Shown in pieces: positions 9,087-17,913 of a stretch of 64,000 bases of DNA (positions within the stretch are counted from its first letter, which is position 1; each line of letters begins with the position of its first letter). The translations under genes and the position numbers were made by a program. This stretch comes from Candidatus Bathyarchaeota archaeon (GTDB lineage: Archaea; Thermoproteota; CALKCG01; B24; DRYS01). Under the pieces are notes generated by a model. The model saw nothing but the letters and a program-made list of their open reading frames with translations, searched no databases and was not told the origin of the DNA. Location of the stretch: contig JANXEK010000005.1 of the NCBI GenBank assembly GCA_025058595.1, positions 4,685-68,684 of the forward strand. Reading direction: 5' to 3'.

Positions 9087-10517
9087 ATGCGCCCTCAGAT
9101 TTTAGGAATTCGCAATCGTTTAACGATAAGTCTCGCGTTTTTCCTCATCTGCATAGTCGTAGCGGCCGTAATAGTAGGTGTAGCGGGATACTATATAGGT
9201 CATAGCGGAGGCTATCGTTCAGGATACGATGCTGGCTACGGCGAAGGATATAATAGAGGCCGAAGCGAAGGTTTAGCAGCCGGTGCGGAAAGAGCCTACC
9301 GTGAAGGCTACACTGTAGGTTATGGTATAGGCTATCGTTATGGTTTTTCTAACGGTACGTTTAATATCGCTAAAGCATTGTATATGGGGCTTAAAGATCG
9401 GATAATAAGGGAGATAGTACAGGTATCCGCACCCAACCTCCCATCAAAGATAAAGGTCGGATGCTTGATGGCTCTAACAGGCGAGCTAGGACCTATGGGT
9501 GTCGAGATAGCTAAAGGTGCCCAGCTAGCTGTAGCTCTTGTAAACCGTCTTGGAGGTGTAGCTGGTAGACCTGTAGAGCTTATACTCGAAGATACTGCTA
9601 CAGATCCCAGTAGAGCTTTGATGGCATGTAAGAAGCTAGTCGAAGTTGACGGTGTTAAAGTGATAGTAGGTCCTATGGCTAGCGGTGAGGTTATGGCTAT
9701 AGGTGGCTACGTTAACGAGAGGAAGGTTGTCTTGGTCTCGCCATCAGCTACATCGCCGTATATAACGCTGAACTTCCCAGATGACTATGTTTTCAGGGTC
9801 GTAGGTAGCGATACAGCTCAAGCTAAAGCTCTGGTTAAGCTAGCTCTAGATGCTGGATGTAAGAAGATAGCGACACTAGTTATTGACAACCCCTACGGTG
9901 TAGGTATAGAAGATGTAGTTTCTTCTCTCTTAGGAGCTAAACTCGTACTTAAAGTGAGGTACGATCCTAGGAAGATGGATTTCAGGACGGAGTTGACGCA
10001 AATTAAAGGTGCAGGCGTAGACGGAGTTATATATGTAGGTTACTATGAGGATGGACGTGTAATGTTTAGGCAAGCCTTCGAGCTAGGTCTCGATAATGTA
10101 AAGTGGTTTGCGGCTGAAGGTGTATACGGGGACCCGATGCTAGTAGTTCCCGAATCCGCTGAGTTCATGTATCGAGCCGTAGTAGGTACCAGACCCTTAC
10201 CTCCGTTGGTTTCATTCTACGATGAATTCTTAGAAGAATATGAAGCTGTATTCGGGGCTAAACCTGCAGCTCCATACATAGAGTATTGTCTCGACGCCAC
10301 GCTCATGCTTCTCGAGGCTATAGCGAAGGCAGGGGTATACGATGGGGTTGCCATAAAGCAGAAGCTGATGGAGATATCCAGCTCCTTCCTAGGTGCTTCA
10401 GGCTATAAAGCCTTTGATAACGTGGGAGACCAGCTTATGCAGATATACTCTGCATGGAAAGTTGTTAAGGAGGGTGGCGTATATAGGCTAGTAGATGTAG
10501 AAGTCGTAACGCCATAG
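9087..10517 (+). CDS. Branched-chain amino acid ABC transporter substrate-binding protein (LivJ/K-like) with N-terminal TM anchor and Gly/Tyr-rich linker
   Basis: Type-I periplasmic binding fold motifs. First gene of the liv operon. Residues ~35-95 are a GY-rich low-complexity stretch. Confidence 0.8.
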   Translation: MRPQILGIRNRLTISLAFFLICIVVAAVIVGVAGYYIGHSGGYRSGYDAGYGEGYNRGRSEGLAAGAERAYREGYTVGYGIGYRYGFSNGTFNIAKALYMGLKDRIIREIVQVSAPNLPSKIKVGCLMALTGELGPMGVEIAKGAQLAVALVNRLGGVAGRPVELILEDTATDPSRALMACKKLVEVDGVKVIVGPMASGEVMAIGGYVNERKVVLVSPSATSPYITLNFPDDYVFRVVGSDTAQAKALVKLALDAGCKKIATLVIDNPYGVGIEDVVSSLLGAKLVLKVRYDPRKMDFRTELTQIKGAGVDGVIYVGYYEDGRVMFRQAFELGLDNVKWFAAEGVYGDPMLVVPESAEFMYRAVVGTRPLPPLVSFYDEFLEEYEAVFGAKPAAPYIEYCLDATLMLLEAIAKAGVYDGVAIKQKLMEISSSFLGASGYKAFDNVGDQLMQIYSAWKVVKEGGVYRLVDVEVVTP

Positions 10518-10541
10518 GAATCTCGTTAAGAGGTTGCGTAT

Positions 10542-11441
10542 ATGCTTCCTCTAAACCTCCCCCAGATATTTTTTAACTCCATAATAACCGGGAGTATATT
10601 CATGCTAGCCGCTATAGGTTTAAGCTTATCGTATAGCCTATCCCGCTTCCCCAATTTCACACATGCAGAATATATAACTCTAGGAGGATATGTAGGCTAT
10701 CTTCTATCCGAGCAGCTGGGTATGCCCCTATACGTAGCGTTTATAGCCTCATTCCTTGGATCTAGCCTTCTATCTCTAGCCTCCTATAACGTCGTATTTA
10801 AACCTCTACAGGATAGAGGATCTCCACTCATATACTTGATGGTAGCCTCCATAGGTTTAGGTCTTGTAGTGAGGCATACGATCCAGCAGATATGGGGTGG
10901 GTCCCCCCTTACTATAAGAGCTATATGGCCCAGATGGATCCTAGGCCATCTAACGATTACAGGCCTCTATATATACATTATAACCGCAGCTATCGTAACC
11001 GCTATAGCCCTACATCTACTGCTAACTAGAACTACTATAGGTAAATGTATCAGGGCTTCAGCCGATAACGTAGAGTTAGCCCTCTCATCAGGTATGAACG
11101 TATCGAGTATATCTAGATTCGTATGGCTTATAGGGGGAGGTTTAGCAGGTCTTTCAGGATTCTTCATGGTAGCTATCGCTAACGCTATACCGCTTCTAGG
11201 TTGGAGGCTACTAATACCTGCGTTCGCAGTTACAATCCTCGGAGGTATAGGTAGCTTCTACGGGGTCCTAATCGCAGCCTACATCATAGGTGTAGCTGAA
11301 AATTTCAGTGTGGTAGGATTAGCCGCTTTGGGGCTACCTACCGATCTTAAGATGTTGATATCGTTCGTCATTATAGTCGTAGTTCTTTTAGTTAAACCTG
11401 AAGGTATATCCGCGTCTATCAGAGGTGGCGTACGTGTCTGA
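10542..11441 (+). CDS. livH: Branched-chain amino acid ABC transporter permease (LivH-like)
   Basis: Polytopic permease with LivH-type conserved loops. Lies between the SBP and LivM genes. Confidence 0.8.
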   Translation: MLPLNLPQIFFNSIITGSIFMLAAIGLSLSYSLSRFPNFTHAEYITLGGYVGYLLSEQLGMPLYVAFIASFLGSSLLSLASYNVVFKPLQDRGSPLIYLMVASIGLGLVVRHTIQQIWGGSPLTIRAIWPRWILGHLTITGLYIYIITAAIVTAIALHLLLTRTTIGKCIRASADNVELALSSGMNVSSISRFVWLIGGGLAGLSGFFMVAIANAIPLLGWRLLIPAFAVTILGGIGSFYGVLIAAYIIGVAENFSVVGLAALGLPTDLKMLISFVIIVVVLLVKPEGISASIRGGVRV

Positions 11442-12417
11442 TCCATCCATCTTTGTTATGCATATAGCCTTTAGGATAGGTGTCTACGGTATAGCGGCTT
11501 TAAGCTTAAACATAGAGTATGGATATACAGGGTTATCGAACTTCGGTAAAGCAGCATTCCTCATGATGGGTGCATATACGGCGGCTATAGCGGTTGAAAA
11601 CGGTTTACACCCGGTTATAGCGATAGTTCTATCCATCGTGGTAGCTGGGTTTATAGGGCTATCTGCGTCGCTTTTCGCTTTAAAATTTAGGGAGGATTAC
11701 CTAGCTATCACGATGCTAGCGTTCGCAGAGATATCTAGGCTTATATTGAGAAACTTCGACGACTCCGTTAGAGCGTTAACCAAGCTCATAACCGGTGTAG
11801 AAGGCTATACCAACATATTCGGCGGCGTTCACGGTAAAGTTGTAAGGAGCTTCGTAAGTATACCCGGAGATTATAGGTTATACAACATAGTTCAGTTGAC
11901 TCTAGTATACGGGCTTCTAGCCTCTTCATACGTGTTCGTCAGGCTATTATCCGATTCACCCTACGGCCGTGTACTTAGAGCCATCAGGGAAGATGAGCTT
12001 GCATCTCAAACTCTAGGTAAGAAAACCTGGGTGTATAAGATGCAGATTATAGGTTTAGGTTCTGCGCTCGCAGGGTTAGCCGGAGCTCTAAACGCTCAGT
12101 TCGAAGGGTATATAAGTCCTGAAAGCTTTCAGCCCCACCTAACATTCGCTATATGGATGATGGTGATACTAGGCGGGGTGGGGAATAATCTCGGCGTACT
12201 TCTAGGAGCTACGCTCGTAGAATCCATAGAAGCTATAGCTTTATTTGTCAAAAGCTTCTTCGGATACCTACCGTTCGATCCTGTGAATATACAGTGGATA
12301 TTCGTAGGAGCCTCGATAATAGCTATAATAGCCTTCAAACCTAGAGGTCTCTTAGAGGAGCGTCCAATTAAGACACCGGCTGTGGAGGTGGCTAGGATTG
12401 GCTATACTAAAGGTTAA
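11425..12417 (+). CDS. livM: Branched-chain amino acid ABC transporter permease (LivM-like)
   Basis: Second permease. Overlaps its neighbours as is typical for an operon. Confidence 0.8.
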   Translation: MAYVSDPSIFVMHIAFRIGVYGIAALSLNIEYGYTGLSNFGKAAFLMMGAYTAAIAVENGLHPVIAIVLSIVVAGFIGLSASLFALKFREDYLAITMLAFAEISRLILRNFDDSVRALTKLITGVEGYTNIFGGVHGKVVRSFVSIPGDYRLYNIVQLTLVYGLLASSYVFVRLLSDSPYGRVLRAIREDELASQTLGKKTWVYKMQIIGLGSALAGLAGALNAQFEGYISPESFQPHLTFAIWMMVILGGVGNNLGVLLGATLVESIEAIALFVKSFFGYLPFDPVNIQWIFVGASIIAIIAFKPRGLLEERPIKTPAVEVARIGYTKG

Positions 12418-13168
12418 GAGACTATCGAAAAGCTTCGGCGGGTTGAAAGCTGTAGATTCCATAGATCTTGACGTGGAGGAGGAGACTATAACAGGGCTTA
12501 TAGGTCCTAACGGTAGCGGTAAGACTACGCTTTTCAATATGATATCCGGGGTTATACCTAGAGATAGCGGGGAAATATGGTTTAGAGGGGAGCGTATAGA
12601 TGGTCTTAAACCGTTCGAGATCTATGCGAGGGGTATCGTTAGAAGCTTCCAGATACCTAGATTATTCTGGAAGCTTACAGTCTTAGATAACATGCTGTTA
12701 GCTGCTAGAGGGTTTAACGGTGAAAGCCTCGTAGGCGCTATATTCAAGAGAGGCGGGTGGATCCTCGAGGAGAAGCGTCTGGTAGATAAAGCTCTAGATA
12801 TACTTGATCTACTAGGGTTATCAGACTCAGCTTTCAAACCTACGTATCAGCTTTCAGGTGGGCAGATGAAGCTTCTAGAGATGGGTAGAGCTCTTATGGC
12901 TGATCCTAAACTCCTCCTTCTTGATGAACCTACCGCCGGTGTAAATCCTAAGCTTGCGTACAGTATATTCGGGAAGATAGAAGAGGTACGTAGAGCGTAC
13001 GGTACTACATTCTTCGTTATAGAGCATAGGGTTGAGACGCTATTCTCCTACGCGAATTGGGTATACGTGATGAGTAACGGTAGCCTTATATACGGTGGTA
13101 AACCTAGCGGTGTCATCTCTGATAGCCGAGTTCAGAAGGCATATCTAGGTGATATCCATGCTGCTTAA
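12398..13168 (+). CDS. livG: ABC transporter ATP-binding protein (LivG-like)
   Basis: Walker A GPNGSGKTT, signature LSGGQMK, Walker B LLLDEP. Confidence 0.85.
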   Translation: MAILKVKRLSKSFGGLKAVDSIDLDVEEETITGLIGPNGSGKTTLFNMISGVIPRDSGEIWFRGERIDGLKPFEIYARGIVRSFQIPRLFWKLTVLDNMLLAARGFNGESLVGAIFKRGGWILEEKRLVDKALDILDLLGLSDSAFKPTYQLSGGQMKLLEMGRALMADPKLLLLDEPTAGVNPKLAYSIFGKIEEVRRAYGTTFFVIEHRVETLFSYANWVYVMSNGSLIYGGKPSGVISDSRVQKAYLGDIHAA

Positions 13169-13889
13169 AACAGTGGATCTAAGCGTAGGGTATGGAGATC
13201 TAAGGATAGTGCAGAACGTATCGTTGGAGGTTAAGAGCGGTGAGGTTGTAAGCCTATTAGGTCCTAACGGTAGCGGTAAATCAACCCTGATAAAGGGTAT
13301 ATTGGGCTTAGCTAAGGTGTTCGAAGGCAAGGTTTTCATCAATGGAGAAGATGTGACAGGTGTACCGACGTATAAGCTTATCAGGATGGGGGTGGGTTAC
13401 ACCCCTCAGAGACTTAACATATTCCCTAATCTAACGGTGAAGGAGAATCTAGAGGTTAGCGGAAGCTGGCTTGATAGAAGCAAGGTTAAGAGGAGAATTT
13501 CTGAGCTAGTAGAGATGTTCCCAGAACTCAAACCTAGACTCGAATATAAAGCTGGTCTATTAAGCGGTGGTGAGAGGCAGATACTAGCTCTAGCTAGAGC
13601 TCTTATAGCAGAGCCTAAGGTACTCCTATTAGATGAACCTACAGCAAGCCTCAGCCCTATGGCCGCCGATAAAATCTTCAAGTATATGAGGGAAGTAGCG
13701 TCGAACGGAGTAGCTATCATGTTAGCCGAACAGAATGTAGCGAAAGCCTTGAGAAGCTCTGATAGAAGCTATATACTAGTCTCAGGTAGATGCGTATCCG
13801 AAGCATCGTCTACATCATACCTTACCGATGAGCAGCTTAGGAAGATATACCTGGAATTCATAAGCATCAAACCTGATAGCTCCTTATAG
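13149..13889 (+). CDS. livF: ABC transporter ATP-binding protein (LivF-like)
   Basis: Walker A GPNGSGKST, signature LSGGERQ, Walker B LLLDEP. Confidence 0.85.
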   Translation: MISMLLKTVDLSVGYGDLRIVQNVSLEVKSGEVVSLLGPNGSGKSTLIKGILGLAKVFEGKVFINGEDVTGVPTYKLIRMGVGYTPQRLNIFPNLTVKENLEVSGSWLDRSKVKRRISELVEMFPELKPRLEYKAGLLSGGERQILALARALIAEPKVLLLDEPTASLSPMAADKIFKYMREVASNGVAIMLAEQNVAKALRSSDRSYILVSGRCVSEASSTSYLTDEQLRKIYLEFISIKPDSSL

Positions 13890-13957
13890 CTGAATATACA
13901 TCGTAAGGATTTTAGATACGCTTAAGAGTATCATCTACTGTTAAACCTATGTAGGGG

Positions 13958-16276
13958 ATGCAAATAACCTTCTATCCTATAGATATCGATTATAGGGAAA
14001 CCCCATCCCTATCCATTAGGCTTTGGGGCATCTGTAGCGATGGAAGCCGTATAGTGGTTTTCGACGATAGGTTCAGACAGTACTTCTTCGCCGTACCTAG
14101 AGAAAGCTACTCGTCTAAACTGCTCGAGGATTTAAGGATCCCAGGTGTACTCTCGTACGAAGTCGAGAGGAAGTTTTTCGGTAGATCTATCAAAGCGTTG
14201 AGAATAGAATCTAGTAATGTAAAACTTCTCGGTGAAGCTTTAGCTACGATATCTAGGAGCCGATACGTAGATATGATCCTCGAAGATGATCTCAGAGCTT
14301 CTACGCATTACATGCTGGAGAAGCAGGTTAAGCTATGCAACTGGGTTGTACTCGATGTAGAACCTGTAGATGTAGACGGGTTAAAAGTGGATAAAGCGTA
14401 TAAGGCTAAAGGCGAATTGAAAACTACCGATGCGTTAATGCCTACGCTCCGTATACTGGCATTTCATGCATATCCTTTATCGAGATCTGGCTCTCCTAAC
14501 CCAGATATAGATCAAATAGCCATCATAACGGCGGGAACATCCGATGGACGTATAGAGCAGTATACGTTAGATGATGGAGAGAGGTCTATGCTGACGGAGT
14601 TTGTAAAGTTTGTAGAGGATTATGATCCAGACGTTATAGTAGGGTTTGAATCGAATAGATCCTATTGGCCGTTCATAACTAGGAGGGCATCGGTGAACGG
14701 TGTTAAGCTATCGATAGGCAGGGATGGTAGCCCTCCGCATACGAGTGTATACGGGCATATATCTATACCTGGCCGTGTAAACCTAGACCTATACGATTTC
14801 GTAGAGGATCTGTACGAAGTTAAATCTAAGGATATCGAGGGTCTCGCAGAGTATCTAGGGTTAAAGCTTCTACGTAAACCTATACCTGATTTCAAGGTTT
14901 CAGAGCTGTGGAATAGAGGTGAGAATGGTAAAACGGAGGTTAGGGAATCTGGTAGGCTGCTCGTAGAAGCTATAATTAAGCTGTCTGAGGAGATAGTTCC
15001 GTTAAGTTTTCAGCTATCGTCTATAGTAGGTCTTCCACCTGACCATGTATTTACCGCAGCCGTAGGATTTAGGGTTGAATCGCATCTTATGTTCGAAGCT
15101 ATCGGTAGAGGTGAACTCATACCTAAACGAAGCGAAGTCGAATACGAGAGGTATACCGGGGCTATAGTTCTAGAACCTAGACCCGGTATACACGAAGATG
15201 TACTCGTATTAGACTTTAAATCGTTGTACCCGTCACTCATAATCAAGTATAACATATCACCAGATACTTACATCGAGAATGGTGAAGCATTAGAGGGTGA
15301 CTTCTATGAAGCACCTGAGGTTAAGCATAGATTCAGAAGGGAACCTAGAGGGATGTATCCAGAAGCATTATCTAAACTTCTCAAAGCTAGAGATGAGGTT
15401 AGAGCTAAGCTTAAGGAGGTTGAACCGGGGGCTATCCTATACAAGATTCTCGATGCGAGACAAAAAGCTATAAAAATTGTAGCTAACGCTACGTATGGAT
15501 ATGCCGGTTGGGTTGGCGCCCGCTGGTATATGAGACCTGTAGCTGAGGCGGTTGCAGCTTGGGGTCGAGCTGCGCTTAGATCAGTATTAGATTACGCATC
15601 CGAGATAAACCTTAGAGTGATCTACGGGGATACGGACTCTATATTCGTAGAATATGATGAAGCTAAGATCGATAAGCTTGTAAGGTTCGTAAGAGATGAG
15701 CTTGGCTTAGATATAAAGCCTGATGTACATTATAAACGTATACTATTCACAGAAGCTAAGAAGCGTTACGTAGGCTTAACAGAAGACGGACGTATAGATT
15801 TCGTAGGTTTCGAAGCTGTGAGAGGTGATTGGAGTATGCTAGCTAGGATTGTTCAAGAAGCCGTAGCAGACTCGATACTGAGAGATGGATCTATAGCTAA
15901 AGCTATCAAGCTATCTAGAGACTATATAGACCTGGTTCGTAAAGGTGCTTTACCCCTCGAGTACTTCATAGTATGGAAGACTATCTCGAAACCTCTAGAA
16001 GAGTATAAAGTTAAAGCTCCCCATATAGAAGCTGCTAGGAAACTTGTAGCTAAAGGCTTCAAAGTAGGTCCCGGTGACCGTGTAGGATATGTGATCGTTA
16101 AGAGGGTATCCCAGAAACTGTACGAGAAAGCTGAACCCTACATATATGCTAGGGTGGAAGATATAGACTTAGAATACTATATAGAGAACCAAGTACTACC
16201 AGCCGCTCTAAGAATACTAGAGGTTTTAGGTGTACGAAGAGAACAACTCCTAGGAAGACAGGCGGCGCTCTTCTAG
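13958..16276 (+). CDS. polB: Family B DNA polymerase (PolB2/B3-like; exonuclease motifs appear degenerate)
   Basis: Motif A LDFKSLYPS, KKRY, motif C YGDTDS. The Exo I position reads ILAFHAYPL where FDIET is expected. Confidence 0.85.
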   Translation: MQITFYPIDIDYRETPSLSIRLWGICSDGSRIVVFDDRFRQYFFAVPRESYSSKLLEDLRIPGVLSYEVERKFFGRSIKALRIESSNVKLLGEALATISRSRYVDMILEDDLRASTHYMLEKQVKLCNWVVLDVEPVDVDGLKVDKAYKAKGELKTTDALMPTLRILAFHAYPLSRSGSPNPDIDQIAIITAGTSDGRIEQYTLDDGERSMLTEFVKFVEDYDPDVIVGFESNRSYWPFITRRASVNGVKLSIGRDGSPPHTSVYGHISIPGRVNLDLYDFVEDLYEVKSKDIEGLAEYLGLKLLRKPIPDFKVSELWNRGENGKTEVRESGRLLVEAIIKLSEEIVPLSFQLSSIVGLPPDHVFTAAVGFRVESHLMFEAIGRGELIPKRSEVEYERYTGAIVLEPRPGIHEDVLVLDFKSLYPSLIIKYNISPDTYIENGEALEGDFYEAPEVKHRFRREPRGMYPEALSKLLKARDEVRAKLKEVEPGAILYKILDARQKAIKIVANATYGYAGWVGARWYMRPVAEAVAAWGRAALRSVLDYASEINLRVIYGDTDSIFVEYDEAKIDKLVRFVRDELGLDIKPDVHYKRILFTEAKKRYVGLTEDGRIDFVGFEAVRGDWSMLARIVQEAVADSILRDGSIAKAIKLSRDYIDLVRKGALPLEYFIVWKTISKPLEEYKVKAPHIEAARKLVAKGFKVGPGDRVGYVIVKRVSQKLYEKAEPYIYARVEDIDLEYYIENQVLPAALRILEVLGVRREQLLGRQAALF

Positions 16277-16361
16277 AAACATTAGATCCCAACAGATAGC
16301 TTCTCTGTAAACTTTAAATAACCTCCCTCCTCTAATATCGGATAGTCCCGTTGTCTAGGAA

Positions 16362-16436
16362 GCGGCCGTGGTCTAGACTGGTTAGGATGGGGGCCCTCCA
16401 AGCCTCCGGTCGCGGGTTCAAATCCCGCCGGCCGCA
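16362..16436 (+). tRNA. tRNA, probably Gly (anticodon TCC) with unusual C at position 33
   Basis: Acceptor GCGGCCG/CGGCCGC, T-arm GCGGG-TTCAAAT-CCCGC, discriminator A. Anticodon arm GGGGC-CCTCCAA-GCCTC. The D-stem has two G-U pairs. Isotype needs tRNAscan confirmation. Confidence 0.6.
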
Positions 16437-16688
16437 TATCTATCCCGAAGTTATGGTGTATGGGATGACGCACCCCATAACCTCTATATATTGGCGGTAT
16501 AATGTATCCTCTAAGATACGCTATAACCACGACGATCACAAGTATAATTATAGCTATCAAAGCTACGGCTAATACAATCCTATAAATTAAGTGTGCAACA
16601 AACCTACTCAAGAATACACCGGTAGTATTTCTATCTAGATAATCTTATAAACGTTACAGATCCTCTCGAATCATCCATCTAATCCAAC

Positions 16689-17741
16689 CTATATAGATGT
16701 TCTCGTTAGGGATCTTATCTCCTCCCCCACTATATACATATCTTCATCTCTAACGCCGATCCTCCCTGGAATATATATGCCAGGCTCTATGGTTAATACA
16801 CAATTCTCTGGTATCCTATACTCGCTTATCGGGTTTAAGAATGGAGGTTCATGTATATCCAACCCTACTCCATGCCCGAGGCCGTGGATAAAGAACTCTC
16901 CATAACCTAGATCCACTATAACGTCTCTTGCAGCTCTATCAACCTCTCGAGATGATACTCCTGTTTCGAGGGTATCCAACGCTCTACGTTTAGCTCTATA
17001 AACTGCTTCGAGGAGATGACCGTACTTCTGCTTAAAACTTCCCAGTAGGAATGTTCTAGTTAGATCTGATCTATAGCCTTTATAAGTTGCACCTAGATCG
17101 GCCACTACCACGTCATCCCCCTCTATACGTCTAGATGACGGCTTAACATGAGGTTTTGAGGATGAAGCTGAGGAAGCTACTATAGTCTGGAAAGCGGGCG
17201 ATTCAGCTCCCATCTTCCGCATAATATACTCTGCTTCCACAGCTAACTCCCACTCGGATACTCCCGGCTCTAACATATCTGCTACTCTATCCATAGCCTT
17301 GCAAGCTATCTCCGCAGCTTTAGCTATAAGCTCTACCTCATAGGGGTCTTTCTTCATCCTCATCCCCCATACGGTATCCATACACTCTCTAAGATCAGAT
17401 ACTATCATACGTATAGCTTCATAGTCTCTCACCGATAGCCTATCGAAGAATATCGTAGATGGCTTCCTCTCGGAGATTATATGCATCATCCTATCTGTAA
17501 ACCTATCCTCAGGTCCATATACCTCTAAGGTTAGGAGCGACCCCACCCTCGATCTAGCCTCCTCCTCTTCGAGCTTAGGTATCAAGAGTATCGCCTCATC
17601 GTAATCCGCTATCAGGCATCCTGTCTCTCCTCCCGTGAAGTATAGCATGTTCGACGGGTCCATCAACAATATATAGGAATCGCCGCAGAGCTTCAATTCA
17701 TTTATCAACGTCTGCAGTCTTCTAGCCAGTATATCTTCCAA
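16689..17741 (-). CDS. M24-family Xaa-Pro aminopeptidase/prolidase
   Basis: Pita-bread fold metal ligands including HGLGHGVGLDIHEPP. Confidence 0.8.
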   Translation of the reverse strand: MEDILARRLQTLINELKLCGDSYILLMDPSNMLYFTGGETGCLIADYDEAILLIPKLEEEEARSRVGSLLTLEVYGPEDRFTDRMMHIISERKPSTIFFDRLSVRDYEAIRMIVSDLRECMDTVWGMRMKKDPYEVELIAKAAEIACKAMDRVADMLEPGVSEWELAVEAEYIMRKMGAESPAFQTIVASSASSSKPHVKPSSRRIEGDDVVVADLGATYKGYRSDLTRTFLLGSFKQKYGHLLEAVYRAKRRALDTLETGVSSREVDRAARDVIVDLGYGEFFIHGLGHGVGLDIHEPPFLNPISEYRIPENCVLTIEPGIYIPGRIGVRDEDMYIVGEEIRSLTRTSI

Positions 17742-17913
17742 TACTAACCCCTCCAGTCAGATAACCTACGGAGCATAATATCCTAGAAGCTAATATCTAG
17801 CCGTATACCAATTTTTAAGTGTTATAGTGTATGAGGGTTTAATCCTAGTAGCTCTAATACTCTCTCAGCTGAACCAGTAGATCTCTAAAGGTTGGAGGAG
17901 AAGCAGACATAGT

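Noticed and set aside
16282-16611. ORFs 16282-16611 (-) and 16351-16572 (+) from the six-frame track
   Set aside because: Both are laid over the tRNA gene at 16362-16436 and have low-complexity translations. Spurious.
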